Shown: in pieces, positions 46,405-56,751 of the stretch | Layout: the number at the start of each line of letters is the position of its first letter | Position numbering within the stretch: the first letter of the stretch is position 1 | NCBI GenBank assembly: GCA_012718945.1 | Contig: JAAYBL010000106.1 | Coordinates: forward strand, 1 to 56,751 | DNA length: 56,751 bases | DNA from: Bacteroidales bacterium | Lineage (GTDB): Bacteria; Bacteroidota; Bacteroidia; Bacteroidales; UBA1402 | Direction: 5' to 3' | Program-made: the position numbers and the translations under genes | Notes under the pieces: generated by a model | The model's input: only the letters and a program-made list of their open reading frames with translations | Databases searched by the model: none | What the model was told of the DNA's origin: nothing

Positions 46405-47314
46405 GCTGATGGTGTTTTACCGTCAGGGCAGTGTGGTCACCAAGTTGATTTTTATCAACACGGGTATTTTTCTCCTGCTACGGCTCATTGTAGGTGTGTT
46501 GGCTTTGTTCAGACTGGGAGACAAAGCCTGGCTGGATTGGTTATTGGTTCCGGCAACGTTCCCTGCCTTACTTCAGCGTCCCTGGACGTTGTTTACCTAT
46601 GCGTTTGTCCATTACGACCTCATGCATTTGTTTATGAACATGCTGTGGTTGTACTTCTTCGGCTTGTTGTTTCAACGTTGGTTTTCCGGCATTCAGCTGG
46701 TGGTGCACTACCTGGTCGGTGGACTGGCTGGAGGTTTGCTATTTATGGCAGGAAACACCTGGTTGGCTCCAGCCGGTGAGACCATTCTTCAAGCCCCGCT
46801 CATCGGTGCTTCAGCTGCCATCATGGCCTTGTGTGTGGCTGTGGCTGTGTATAGGCCTGATGAGCCTATTTCTCTGTTTGTACTTGGTTCCGTCAAATTG
46901 AAATACATCGCCTTGGTCATGATTGCCCTCGATCTCCTGGGCTTCAATCAGGCTTCCATGGGTGTGGGATTGGCCCACCTTGGGGGTGCTTTGTATGGGG
47001 TGTTGGTGGGTCTGACCAGCCGAAGAGGCTTCAATTTGGCCGCTTGGGCCGACAAAGGTTCCTTACGCTTCAAACGGAACACCGGACCTAAACGGCGTAA
47101 GCAACCTAACATGAAGGTGACGTACCGTCGACCCAAAAAGGAAACAGTCAACCGTTCGACAGTCGATGTTGACCAGGCGTACAGGGATAAGAAAAGGGCT
47201 GATGAGCAGCAACTTGATACTATTCTTGACAAAGTGAAGCAGTCTGGTTACGATAGTTTGACCAAGGATGAGAAAAAACTGTTGTTTGATTTCAGCAACC
47301 GCAGCAATCGCTGA
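46385..47314 (+). CDS. Rhomboid protease with a C-terminal cytoplasmic 'ILDKVKQSGYDSLT..EK' (DUF6576-like) domain
   Basis: PWTLFTYAFVH, HLFMNM, GASA and AHLGG motifs. Confidence 0.9.
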   Translation: MASFWDRLMVFYRQGSVVTKLIFINTGIFLLLRLIVGVLALFRLGDKAWLDWLLVPATFPALLQRPWTLFTYAFVHYDLMHLFMNMLWLYFFGLLFQRWFSGIQLVVHYLVGGLAGGLLFMAGNTWLAPAGETILQAPLIGASAAIMALCVAVAVYRPDEPISLFVLGSVKLKYIALVMIALDLLGFNQASMGVGLAHLGGALYGVLVGLTSRRGFNLAAWADKGSLRFKRNTGPKRRKQPNMKVTYRRPKKETVNRSTVDVDQAYRDKKRADEQQLDTILDKVKQSGYDSLTKDEKKLLFDFSNRSNR

Positions 47315-47363
47315 GTGCATGTGAATTGAACAACGTTGACCAACGACGAATAGAATTTCAGGC

Positions 47364-48491
47364 ATGAAAAAAAAGTCAGGCAAGCCGTCGAAACAACCCT
47401 CCTCCAAACTGGGCCGCACCTTATACAAGTTACTGCACTCTGTGCTGTTTACCGCCAACATTGGGGTTGTCCTCCTACTCTTGCTCACCGGATATGGGTA
47501 CGTGTTCAATCCATCCAAAACGCCTCTGTTGTCGTTGTTGGGTTACGCTTTCCCCGTGTTGGCCCTAGCCAATCTCGCTTTCGTGCTGTATTGGCTGATT
47601 CGTTTCAAAGGATGGATTTTGATTTCTTTGGCCGGCATTCTGTTGACCTGGGGGTCTCACCGTGCCTGGTTTCCCCTCAACACAGGTTCTGAAGAGGCAG
47701 GTGAACGATCGATAAAGGTGTTGACATTCAATGTAATGAATCTTGATTTTGTCAAGGACCCTTCCGATGGCGGTCTTCATCCGATAGTTGATTTTCTGGC
47801 TGAATCGGACGCGGACATCATTTGCTTGCAGGAAGTGGGTGAGGGATTTGTCAGAAACGGATTGACCAATAAAAAGACAAAAAAAGCCCTTAAGGCGTAT
47901 CCCTATGTTGCTTCTGGTGCCTCTGATGGCCGTTTTTCGGTGGTGTGTTTGTCAAAATACCCCATTATATCCAAATACCGCATCGACTACGAAAGCCTGT
48001 CGAACTCCTCTTATCGATATGACATCAAGATTGATGGCGATACCTTGACCGTTATCAACAACCACTTGGAATCCAACAAGCTCAATCCTAAGGAAAAAGA
48101 CAGGTACACCAAACTGATCACCAATACGGAGACGGAAGAACTGACAGATGTGGCCAAGATGCTGGGGTCCAAAGTGGGGTACGCAACGTCCATACGCGCT
48201 GGACAGGCCAGAGCCGTGGCCGCTGAAATAGCTCAATGTACGCACCCTGTTATCGTCTGTGGGGATTTCAACGATGCCCCCGGCTCATACGTTTATCATA
48301 CCATTTGCAAAGGCTTGCGGGATGTCTGGGTGGAACAGGGTAAAGGTTGGGGGCATACGTTCCATGAAAGCTACTTCTTATTCAGGATTGACTACATCCT
48401 GCACTCTCCCGAGATAACCATCGTCGATGTGGGGTTGGATAAGGTAAAAATATCCGATCATTATCCGTTGACGGCAACCCTGGCTTTCTGA
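47364..48491 (+). CDS. Membrane-anchored endonuclease/exonuclease/phosphatase family protein
   Basis: N-terminal TMs; LTFNV, DIICLQE, NNHLES, CGDFND, RIDYI and SDHYP motifs. Confidence 0.92.
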   Translation: MKKKSGKPSKQPSSKLGRTLYKLLHSVLFTANIGVVLLLLLTGYGYVFNPSKTPLLSLLGYAFPVLALANLAFVLYWLIRFKGWILISLAGILLTWGSHRAWFPLNTGSEEAGERSIKVLTFNVMNLDFVKDPSDGGLHPIVDFLAESDADIICLQEVGEGFVRNGLTNKKTKKALKAYPYVASGASDGRFSVVCLSKYPIISKYRIDYESLSNSSYRYDIKIDGDTLTVINNHLESNKLNPKEKDRYTKLITNTETEELTDVAKMLGSKVGYATSIRAGQARAVAAEIAQCTHPVIVCGDFNDAPGSYVYHTICKGLRDVWVEQGKGWGHTFHESYFLFRIDYILHSPEITIVDVGLDKVKISDHYPLTATLAF

Positions 48492-50779
48492 TGGATGTTC
48501 TCTACGCCGATGTGCTGCTCCCGTTGCCACTGGAGGGATCTTTCACCTACCTGGTTCCTCCGGTTTTTCAACCATCCCTGGCTGTTGGTTGTCGAGTGCT
48601 GGTGCCTCTGGGGGCCAACAAACAAGTGACAGGTGTTGTCATGGGCCTGCACGGTAATAAGCCGGCAAAGGGCCGTCTAAAATCCTTGATTGATCAGTTG
48701 GACACTGAACCCTTGTTGGGAGAGGAGACCCTGGCGTTTTGGTCCTGGATTGCTGCCTATTATTGTTGTACTTTGGGTGAGGTGATGAATGCGGCGTTGC
48801 CGGCTGGCCTCAAACCCTCGGAGGCGGACGCCGATCAGTTGGATCGTGGTACCCAACGCCTGGTTGATGTTGTTTATCCTGGAGCAGAATACGCTGACTC
48901 GCCCGAGTTGTTGCTCGAAGTGTTGCCACAACTGACCAAAGCCAAAAAACAAGCTCACCTGCTAAACGTGTTTTTGACCAACATGCTGACGCATTCTTCA
49001 GAGGAGCCTATTTTGCAGAAGGGCATAGAAAAGCGCACTTTGCTTGATCAATCCAATGCGACGGGTGCACAGTTGAAAGCGTTGGTTGAACGAGGATTGC
49101 TGGAGATCAGGTCGATACCAGCCGAGCCTTCTATGGAAGCACAACCATTGCAAGCACCGGCTCTGCTCAATGAGCCTCAAAACAAAGCGTTGGCTTCGAT
49201 CAACGATCAGTTCAACCAGTATCCGGTCTGTTTGTTGCACGGGTACACCGCTTCAGGCAAAACGGAACTCTATATCCACTTAATCAAGGACTGTATTGAA
49301 CAAGGCAAACAAGCGTTGATGCTGGTGCCTGAAATCGCTCTGACCACTCAGCTCGCCTATAGGCTTAAGCGGGTTTTCGGGGATGAGTTGGGCATCTATC
49401 ATTCGGGCCTGAATGTACGGGAACGGTTGGATGTCTGGCGTCAGGTGGGTCGTCAAAACGGGTGCAAGGTCGTCCTAGGTGCCAGGTCGGCGGTTTTGCT
49501 GCCCTATCACAACCTGGGATTGGTTGTTGTTGATGAGGAGCACGACAGCAGTTACAAGCAACAGGATCCGGCTCCCAGGTATCACGCGCGTAATGCAGCC
49601 ATGGTGTTGGCGGCCAGGCATGGTGCCAAAACCTTGCTAGGTACGGCAACGCCGTCTCTTGAGTCGTATGCCCACTGTAAGGCTGGTCGTTATGGGTTGG
49701 CCGAATTGTTTTTCCGGTATGCAGACGCTAGCCTGCCCCGTGTGGAAGCGGTGGACACCAAAGACCTCAAGCGTCGTAAAAAGATGAAGTCCTTGTTGTC
49801 GCCACCCTTGTTGGAGGCCATGGAGGCTGCTTTTGAAGCCGGTGATCAGGTAATCCTTTTTCAAAATCGCCGCGGATTTGCCCCTATGGTCACGTGCAAG
49901 GTTTGCGACTGGGTACCCAAATGTCCTCAATGTGACGTGGCGCTTACTTACCACAAATATCATGGTCGTCTAGCCTGTCATTACTGTGGTTACGAGGAAG
50001 CGCTGCCTACCCGTTGCCCCTCATGTGGTGAACCCAAGCCGTCTCCCCTGGGTTTTGGCACGGAACAAGTGGAAGAGGAGGTCAAGGTACGTTTCCCTGG
50101 CATTTCCACCATCAGGATGGATACCGACACGACCCGGGCATCCGGGGCTTTTACACGTTTGTTGGACCGTTTTCAGAAAGGAGAGGCCCAGGTGCTGATT
50201 GGCACGCAAATGGTCTCCAAGGGATTGGATTTTAGCCGGGTGCGCGTGGTTGGTGTGTTGAATGCCGACCAGATGCTGGCATTTCCAGATTTCAGGGCCC
50301 ATGAACGCGCCTTCCAGCTGATGGCTCAGGTTGGTGGACGAGGCGGCCGAAGGGATCGTCAAGGGTTGGTGATTGTTCAGACAGGTCGTCCGGACAATCC
50401 GGTGATCCGGCACGTCGTCAACCAGGATTTCACGGCCTTTTTCAATGAAGAGATGATGGTCAGGCAGCTCTTTGGATACCCTCCCTACGGACGCATCATT
50501 CATCTATCGTTCAGGCACATCGACCAACAAATCGTTAGACAGGCAGCCTTGTTTTACGCTGAGGCCTGCAGGGAGCGGTTTGGCCATCGTTTGTTAGGTC
50601 CCGATCAGCCACAGGTTGGAAGGGTTCGTAATCAGTACCGTCAGTCACTTTTGTTGAAGCTGGGATTGGACGAATCGGCGGCTGATGCCAAGTGTTTTCT
50701 TTTGCAACAGAGAGAGGCGTTGAAAGCCGATGCCAGGTTTAGATCGGTGCAATTGGTCTTCGATGTAGACCCTGTCTGA
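48491..50779 (+). CDS. priA: Replication restart helicase PriA
   Basis: SGKTE, LVPEIALT, DEEH, four CxxC pairs and KGLDF. Confidence 0.96.
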   Translation: MDVLYADVLLPLPLEGSFTYLVPPVFQPSLAVGCRVLVPLGANKQVTGVVMGLHGNKPAKGRLKSLIDQLDTEPLLGEETLAFWSWIAAYYCCTLGEVMNAALPAGLKPSEADADQLDRGTQRLVDVVYPGAEYADSPELLLEVLPQLTKAKKQAHLLNVFLTNMLTHSSEEPILQKGIEKRTLLDQSNATGAQLKALVERGLLEIRSIPAEPSMEAQPLQAPALLNEPQNKALASINDQFNQYPVCLLHGYTASGKTELYIHLIKDCIEQGKQALMLVPEIALTTQLAYRLKRVFGDELGIYHSGLNVRERLDVWRQVGRQNGCKVVLGARSAVLLPYHNLGLVVVDEEHDSSYKQQDPAPRYHARNAAMVLAARHGAKTLLGTATPSLESYAHCKAGRYGLAELFFRYADASLPRVEAVDTKDLKRRKKMKSLLSPPLLEAMEAAFEAGDQVILFQNRRGFAPMVTCKVCDWVPKCPQCDVALTYHKYHGRLACHYCGYEEALPTRCPSCGEPKPSPLGFGTEQVEEEVKVRFPGISTIRMDTDTTRASGAFTRLLDRFQKGEAQVLIGTQMVSKGLDFSRVRVVGVLNADQMLAFPDFRAHERAFQLMAQVGGRGGRRDRQGLVIVQTGRPDNPVIRHVVNQDFTAFFNEEMMVRQLFGYPPYGRIIHLSFRHIDQQIVRQAALFYAEACRERFGHRLLGPDQPQVGRVRNQYRQSLLLKLGLDESAADAKCFLLQQREALKADARFRSVQLVFDVDPV

Positions 50780-50917
50780 GTAACCTGATCTTGTTAATGC
50801 GGACATTCATTCTTTTTTTCCGATAATTAACCTTACCATGGGTGGGGAGAGGGGGTTTTTTCCTACTTTTGCATAGCTAATTCGTTGGTAGATACAGAAA
50901 AACTTATCCGATTGCTT

Positions 50918-52111
50918 ATGATGTGCATCAGACACCGTATTATTGGAGCCTTACCCCTGTCGTTGGCCCTTTTGTCAGGCCTTATGTTCCAGTCTTGTGA
51001 AAAAGAAGAGAAAGTGACGGTCACCATCAAGACCTTACCGGTCGAACAGGTGACTGCTTCATCGGGCACCATCCGTTGTACGGTGGAGAACGAGGGGGGA
51101 ACATTGCAGGATGCGGGTCTGTGTTTCTCTGCAACCATTGCACTACCGACCTTGGTCAACAGCCGCCACATCCCTAGTGCAGCATCATTAACGGATTATT
51201 CAACCACATTGACGGGTCTCAGCCCTGATTCTACGTATCGATACAGAGCGTATGCAAGGGTCAGTGACTCGGTGTACTATGGTATTGCGTATGCGTTTAT
51301 TCCAGTCAATCCTGTGATGGACTTCGTAACCATCCAAGGAGGGACGTTCACCATGGGTGCCACTTCAGAACAAGCAGAAGTGGCGAGAGACAATGAAAAG
51401 CCGGCTCATGAAGTAATCTTGAGTTCCTATCGACTGGGTAAATACGAGGTGACAACCACTCAGTATGCTCAATTCTTAAACAGCCGTTTGATTTCGAGCG
51501 CGGCTGCCGGTGTGGGCGCAGATGGGTCGACCTACAAATACGTTGAAATCACGAGCAGGAACCTGTCTTACAATTCAGCATTGTCGAAGTGGGCTCCTGT
51601 GAGTGGGTTTGAAAACCATCCTGTAACCAACGTCACATGGCATGGTGCCAACGAGTACTGCCGATGGGCTGGTGGTCATTTGCCAACGGAAGCTCAATGG
51701 GAATACGCTGCCAGAGGAGGGAATAGTGCGAGTCATACGGTTTACAGCGGTAGCAATGTGCCTGCTGATGTCGCCTGGTATTACGCGACGACCAAAAGCC
51801 AGGCAGGCTTGCTGTACTTTGCTCAACCTGTTGGTGGCAAGCAACCCAACGAACTGGGTTTGTACGATATGAGCGGCAATGTATGGGAATGGTGCGCCGA
51901 TTGGTACACAGCCTTCTCTCCGCAATCTATCGTCGATCCGGTTGGGCTTAGCGATCTGGAGGCTGCTGATGCTGGCGTGACGACGAAAATCAGACGCGGA
52001 GGCGGCTGGGCTGACACCCAAACGGGCACGCTGAGGGTCAGCCACAGAGCATCCAACACACCGACGTCACAAGCGGGTTCCATTGGCTTCAGGATGGCAG
52101 CCAACGAATGA
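50918..52111 (+). CDS. Lipoprotein with an FN3-like N-terminal domain and a C-terminal FGE-sulfatase/CLec-fold domain
   Basis: Lipobox FQSC; LTGL.PDSTYRYRAYA; GGTFTMG, LPTEAQWEYAARGG, LYDMSGNVWEWC, RGGGW and IGFR motifs; -7 element TACTTTTG at 50864-50871. Confidence 0.88.
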   Translation: MMCIRHRIIGALPLSLALLSGLMFQSCEKEEKVTVTIKTLPVEQVTASSGTIRCTVENEGGTLQDAGLCFSATIALPTLVNSRHIPSAASLTDYSTTLTGLSPDSTYRYRAYARVSDSVYYGIAYAFIPVNPVMDFVTIQGGTFTMGATSEQAEVARDNEKPAHEVILSSYRLGKYEVTTTQYAQFLNSRLISSAAAGVGADGSTYKYVEITSRNLSYNSALSKWAPVSGFENHPVTNVTWHGANEYCRWAGGHLPTEAQWEYAARGGNSASHTVYSGSNVPADVAWYYATTKSQAGLLYFAQPVGGKQPNELGLYDMSGNVWEWCADWYTAFSPQSIVDPVGLSDLEAADAGVTTKIRRGGGWADTQTGTLRVSHRASNTPTSQAGSIGFRMAANE

Positions 52112-52164
52112 GTTGAAACGATAGCAAAAGATGAGTTGAAACGATAGCAAAAGATTTGTTGAAA
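52108..52164 (+). repeat. 23-bp perfect tandem duplication plus a degenerate third copy
   Basis: ATGAGTTGAAACGATAGCAAAAG at 52108-52130 and 52131-52153, then ATTTGTTGAAA. Confidence 0.92.
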
Positions 52165-52191
52165 AAGAAGAATGGGCTTGCGTGAAATCCA

Positions 52192-52590
52192 TTACGGTTT
52201 CAACGCAGCACGGATGGAGGCCGCTATAGCCTCCATTTCTGTTGGATCCAGTTTGAGTTTGGGATTGGAAAACAAGACGTCCGATTCCCGTTGGATAGGT
52301 ATGAGGTGAATGTGCGCGTGGGGCACTTCAAGGCCTATTACAGCCATGCCTATGCGCTTGCAAGGTAGGCTGGCCTTCATAGCTTCTGCCACTCGTTTGG
52401 CAAAAAGGTGCAGACCAGCCAACTCTTCGTCGGCCAAATCGAAAATGTAATCGACCTCTTGTTTGGGTATCACAAGGGTATGCCCTTTGGTCAAAGGGTT
52501 GATATCAAGGAAAGCAAAATAACGTTCGTCTTCAGCGATCTTGTAGCAAGGGATCTCTCCGGCGGCGATGCGGCTGAAAATACTGGCCAT
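52192..52590 (-). CDS. HIT family nucleotide hydrolase
   Basis: SIFSRI..GEIP, FLDINP, GHTLVIPK and HAHIH motifs. Confidence 0.95.
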   Translation of the reverse strand: MASIFSRIAAGEIPCYKIAEDERYFAFLDINPLTKGHTLVIPKQEVDYIFDLADEELAGLHLFAKRVAEAMKASLPCKRIGMAVIGLEVPHAHIHLIPIQRESDVLFSNPKLKLDPTEMEAIAASIRAALKP

Positions 52591-52599
52591 GGTCTGTTG

Positions 52600-53076
52600 T
52601 TATTTGGCGAGTTCGATTTTTTGTACTTGCAGTGTTATGACGCCAGCAGGGACTGTGATGTCTACCACTTCGCCCTCACGTTTGCCTAGCAAGCCTTTGG
52701 CGATGGGGGTGCTGACAGAAATTTTACGTTCCTTCAGATTGGCCTCTGAATCGGACACAATGGTGTAGTCAAATACCTGCTTGGTTTTGACGTTCAACAG
52801 AGTGACCGTGGTCAATATCTGCACAGTGTCGGTGTTGATACGGCTTTCGTCCAGGATACGGGCGTTGACGTAAAGTTCCTTGAGTTGGGAAATCTTCATT
52901 TCCAACATGCCTTGTGCTTCTTTGGCGGCGTCGTACTCTGCGTTTTCGGACAAGTCGCCCTTATCACGAGCCTCGGCTATTTGTTGAGAGATACGTGGGC
53001 GTTCTACCGTCTCCAAGTACTCGATTTCTTGATGTAATTTTTTGTAACCGTCTTCGGTCATGTAGCTAACTGCCAT
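52600..53076 (-). CDS. greA: Transcription elongation factor GreA
   Basis: ARDKGDLSENAEYDAAKE and ISVSTPIAKGLLG motifs. Confidence 0.97.
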   Translation of the reverse strand: MAVSYMTEDGYKKLHQEIEYLETVERPRISQQIAEARDKGDLSENAEYDAAKEAQGMLEMKISQLKELYVNARILDESRINTDTVQILTTVTLLNVKTKQVFDYTIVSDSEANLKERKISVSTPIAKGLLGKREGEVVDITVPAGVITLQVQKIELAK

Positions 53077-53113
53077 GGATGAATCCTCCTTTATTTACTA
53101 AATTTGGTTGACT

Positions 53114-53150
53114 AAAAAACAAAAAGAATTCCGGCCGTGACCGGAACTCT
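53114..53150 (-). terminator. Intrinsic terminator located in the greA 5' leader
   Basis: AGAGTTCCGG-tcacgg-CCGGAATTCT-TTTTGTTTTTT, downstream of the -7 element TACATTTG (53164-53171). Confidence 0.8.
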
Positions 53151-53222
53151 CATTATCTAAGTGCAAATGTATAAATTATTTACGTGGTTGTCAAGGTCCG
53201 GCTAGCTGTTTTTAAACATTTT

Positions 53223-54374
53223 TTACAGCAGTGCATTGATTTCCTTGTATAGGTCCTTGACTTGCGCATCCCGTGCTATAATTGACCCCTCTCTGTCGAT
53301 CAGGAAATAGGTGGGAAGCTGCGTGATATTGTAGGTGCCGAACAGCTCTGATCTGGCTCCTTCCGTCTCCCTGACGCAGGTCCATGGAAGGTTGGCGGCG
53401 CTGGTTTTCCAGAAATGCTCGTCCGTATCAAACGATACCTGGTAGATGGCAAAACCCCTGTCAGAGAAACTGTCGTAGAGTTCCCTGAAATAGAGGTTGC
53501 GGCTGGGTGCGAAATCTGTTTGATAGGCGGTGAAGTCTAGCAGAATGACCTGTCCCTTAAGTGAACTCAATGCAACCCGCTTCTGTGACACGGTGGGCAG
53601 GTTGATTTCGAAGAAGCCGGCCAGGTCGGTCTCTACCACCTGGATATCTTTGGCTTTACGAGCCTGCCTGATTTGTTTCATGGCTGGAAGGGTCAGGTTT
53701 TCCAAGTGCTTGGTGCGGTCGGCGTCGGGGTAATACGTTCTCCAGGAAGTGGCTACAGCCGCGTAGCATTTGTTGTCGTTCTCGTCGTAGGGATCGAACA
53801 GCAGGTAATCGTAAAACCGCTGGAAAAGGGCAAAATAGGCGGCCGGAGACAAGGGGTTCTCGTAAATCAACGACTTGGCATTTTCTCTGTGGACGGCAAA
53901 GAGGTTGAACAAAGCTTCCTGATAGACCGTGCCATCAATAAGGCCATCCTTGTACAACTGCCTGATGGAGTCGGTGCGGTGCAAGGTCTCTCCCTGCATC
54001 CTTGACAAGGTTTGTATGTGTGAACACGCGGCCGATCCGCTCACTGTGTAGTCTTTTCCAAACAGGGTGGCATCAGCTTTGACGGTCACCGTTCTGGCTG
54101 AATCGGAGGCCAGGTGGATGAAACGTTTGTCGATGCGCAGGCGGTAAAACTCCGGTGCTGATTCCAGCGGGGTTTTGAAATGAAAGTGACCGGATCCGTT
54201 GAGCTTGGCTGAATCGAGCACCTCGGTGGCATTGAGCCCGAAACGTTCAAAGTAAAGTACTTTGCCGTCAGCATGAGCTACTTCGCCCTCGACGACAAAC
54301 GTCGGGGTCCCTGAGCAGGCGGCCATTAGGATCAATAGAAGACCGGTACAAATAAAGGCTGATGTGCGCTTCAT
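53223..54374 (-). CDS. DUF4369 plus thioredoxin-like (AhpC/TSA/TlpA) lipoprotein lacking CxxC
   Basis: Lipobox MAAC; 'LSSLKGQVILLDFTAYQTD', 'IYQVSFD', 'LPWTCV' and 'LPTYFLIDREG'; -7 element TATGTTTG at 54421-54428. Confidence 0.82.
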   Translation of the reverse strand: MKRTSAFICTGLLLILMAACSGTPTFVVEGEVAHADGKVLYFERFGLNATEVLDSAKLNGSGHFHFKTPLESAPEFYRLRIDKRFIHLASDSARTVTVKADATLFGKDYTVSGSAACSHIQTLSRMQGETLHRTDSIRQLYKDGLIDGTVYQEALFNLFAVHRENAKSLIYENPLSPAAYFALFQRFYDYLLFDPYDENDNKCYAAVATSWRTYYPDADRTKHLENLTLPAMKQIRQARKAKDIQVVETDLAGFFEINLPTVSQKRVALSSLKGQVILLDFTAYQTDFAPSRNLYFRELYDSFSDRGFAIYQVSFDTDEHFWKTSAANLPWTCVRETEGARSELFGTYNITQLPTYFLIDREGSIIARDAQVKDLYKEINALL

Positions 54375-54519
54375 GGATGCTGTTTCGGGGAGCAAACCTA
54401 AGGATAATTGTCCTCATTGCCAAACATAGGTACCACTTTTTTAAACATTCACCCTCCCTTTTTGAGTGCCTTACCACCTTAAAGTTAGGGTGAAAGGTGG
54501 TTAGTCGATTTCTTTTTGC

Positions 54520-54527
54520 TAACTTTG
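54520..54527 (+). promoter_or_regulatory. -7 element for pnp
   Basis: TAACTTTG about 50 nt upstream of the ATG. Confidence 0.65.
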
Positions 54528-54577
54528 CACGATTTTTAGTGTAAAGAAAATTACGACAATTAACAAAGACGTTTTTT

Positions 54578-56751
<2,174 letters not shown>

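Noticed and set aside
52108..52164. Possible mini-CRISPR array
   Set aside because: The repeats are directly adjacent with no spacers, and there are no cas genes.
50918..52191. Active diversity-generating retroelement
   Set aside because: No reverse transcriptase, template repeat, avd or downstream hairpin in the window.

Overview
Chromosomal segment of an anaerobic Bacteroidales-type bacterium. The lineage is inferred from the T9SS protein PorZ, TAnnTTTG -7 promoter elements and the Bacteroidales-style Nqr, PNPase and GreA. Most of the window is housekeeping: porZ (partial), folK-queA-truB-uppP-DUF3098-ftsX-miaB, a CoA-transferase, aroK, comM/yifB, pckA, upp, nqrA-F, panE, korAB, a beta-CASP nuclease, argS, HU, two rhomboids, an EEP protein, priA, HIT, greA and pnp (partial, absent from the ORF track). 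I found no tRNA, rRNA, CRISPR array or mobile element. The accessory block at about 17.4-26.3 kb is the most interesting part. It holds a cobalamin riboswitch in front of nrdG-nrdD, where NrdD has no ATP cone and carries a CC/Glu signature. It then continues into ppx, a small secreted carboxypeptidase-regulatory-like protein, a TonB-dependent receptor, a non-SusD beta-helix surface lipoprotein and a MORN protein. Three separate promoters in this second module carry Pho-box-like GTCA(T/C) half-sites repeated every 11 bp, all in the same phase relative to a degenerate -7 element. This suggests a phosphate-starvation-induced system for scavenging polyphosphate or organic phosphorus (inference). 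Other regulatory signals are a membrane LytTR/DUF6051-like hydrolase divergon with 20-bp-period direct repeats, a terminator and a strong Shine-Dalgarno in the greA leader, and a candidate RHH operator at the SPFH operon. All calls come from reading motifs by eye; no searches were run.
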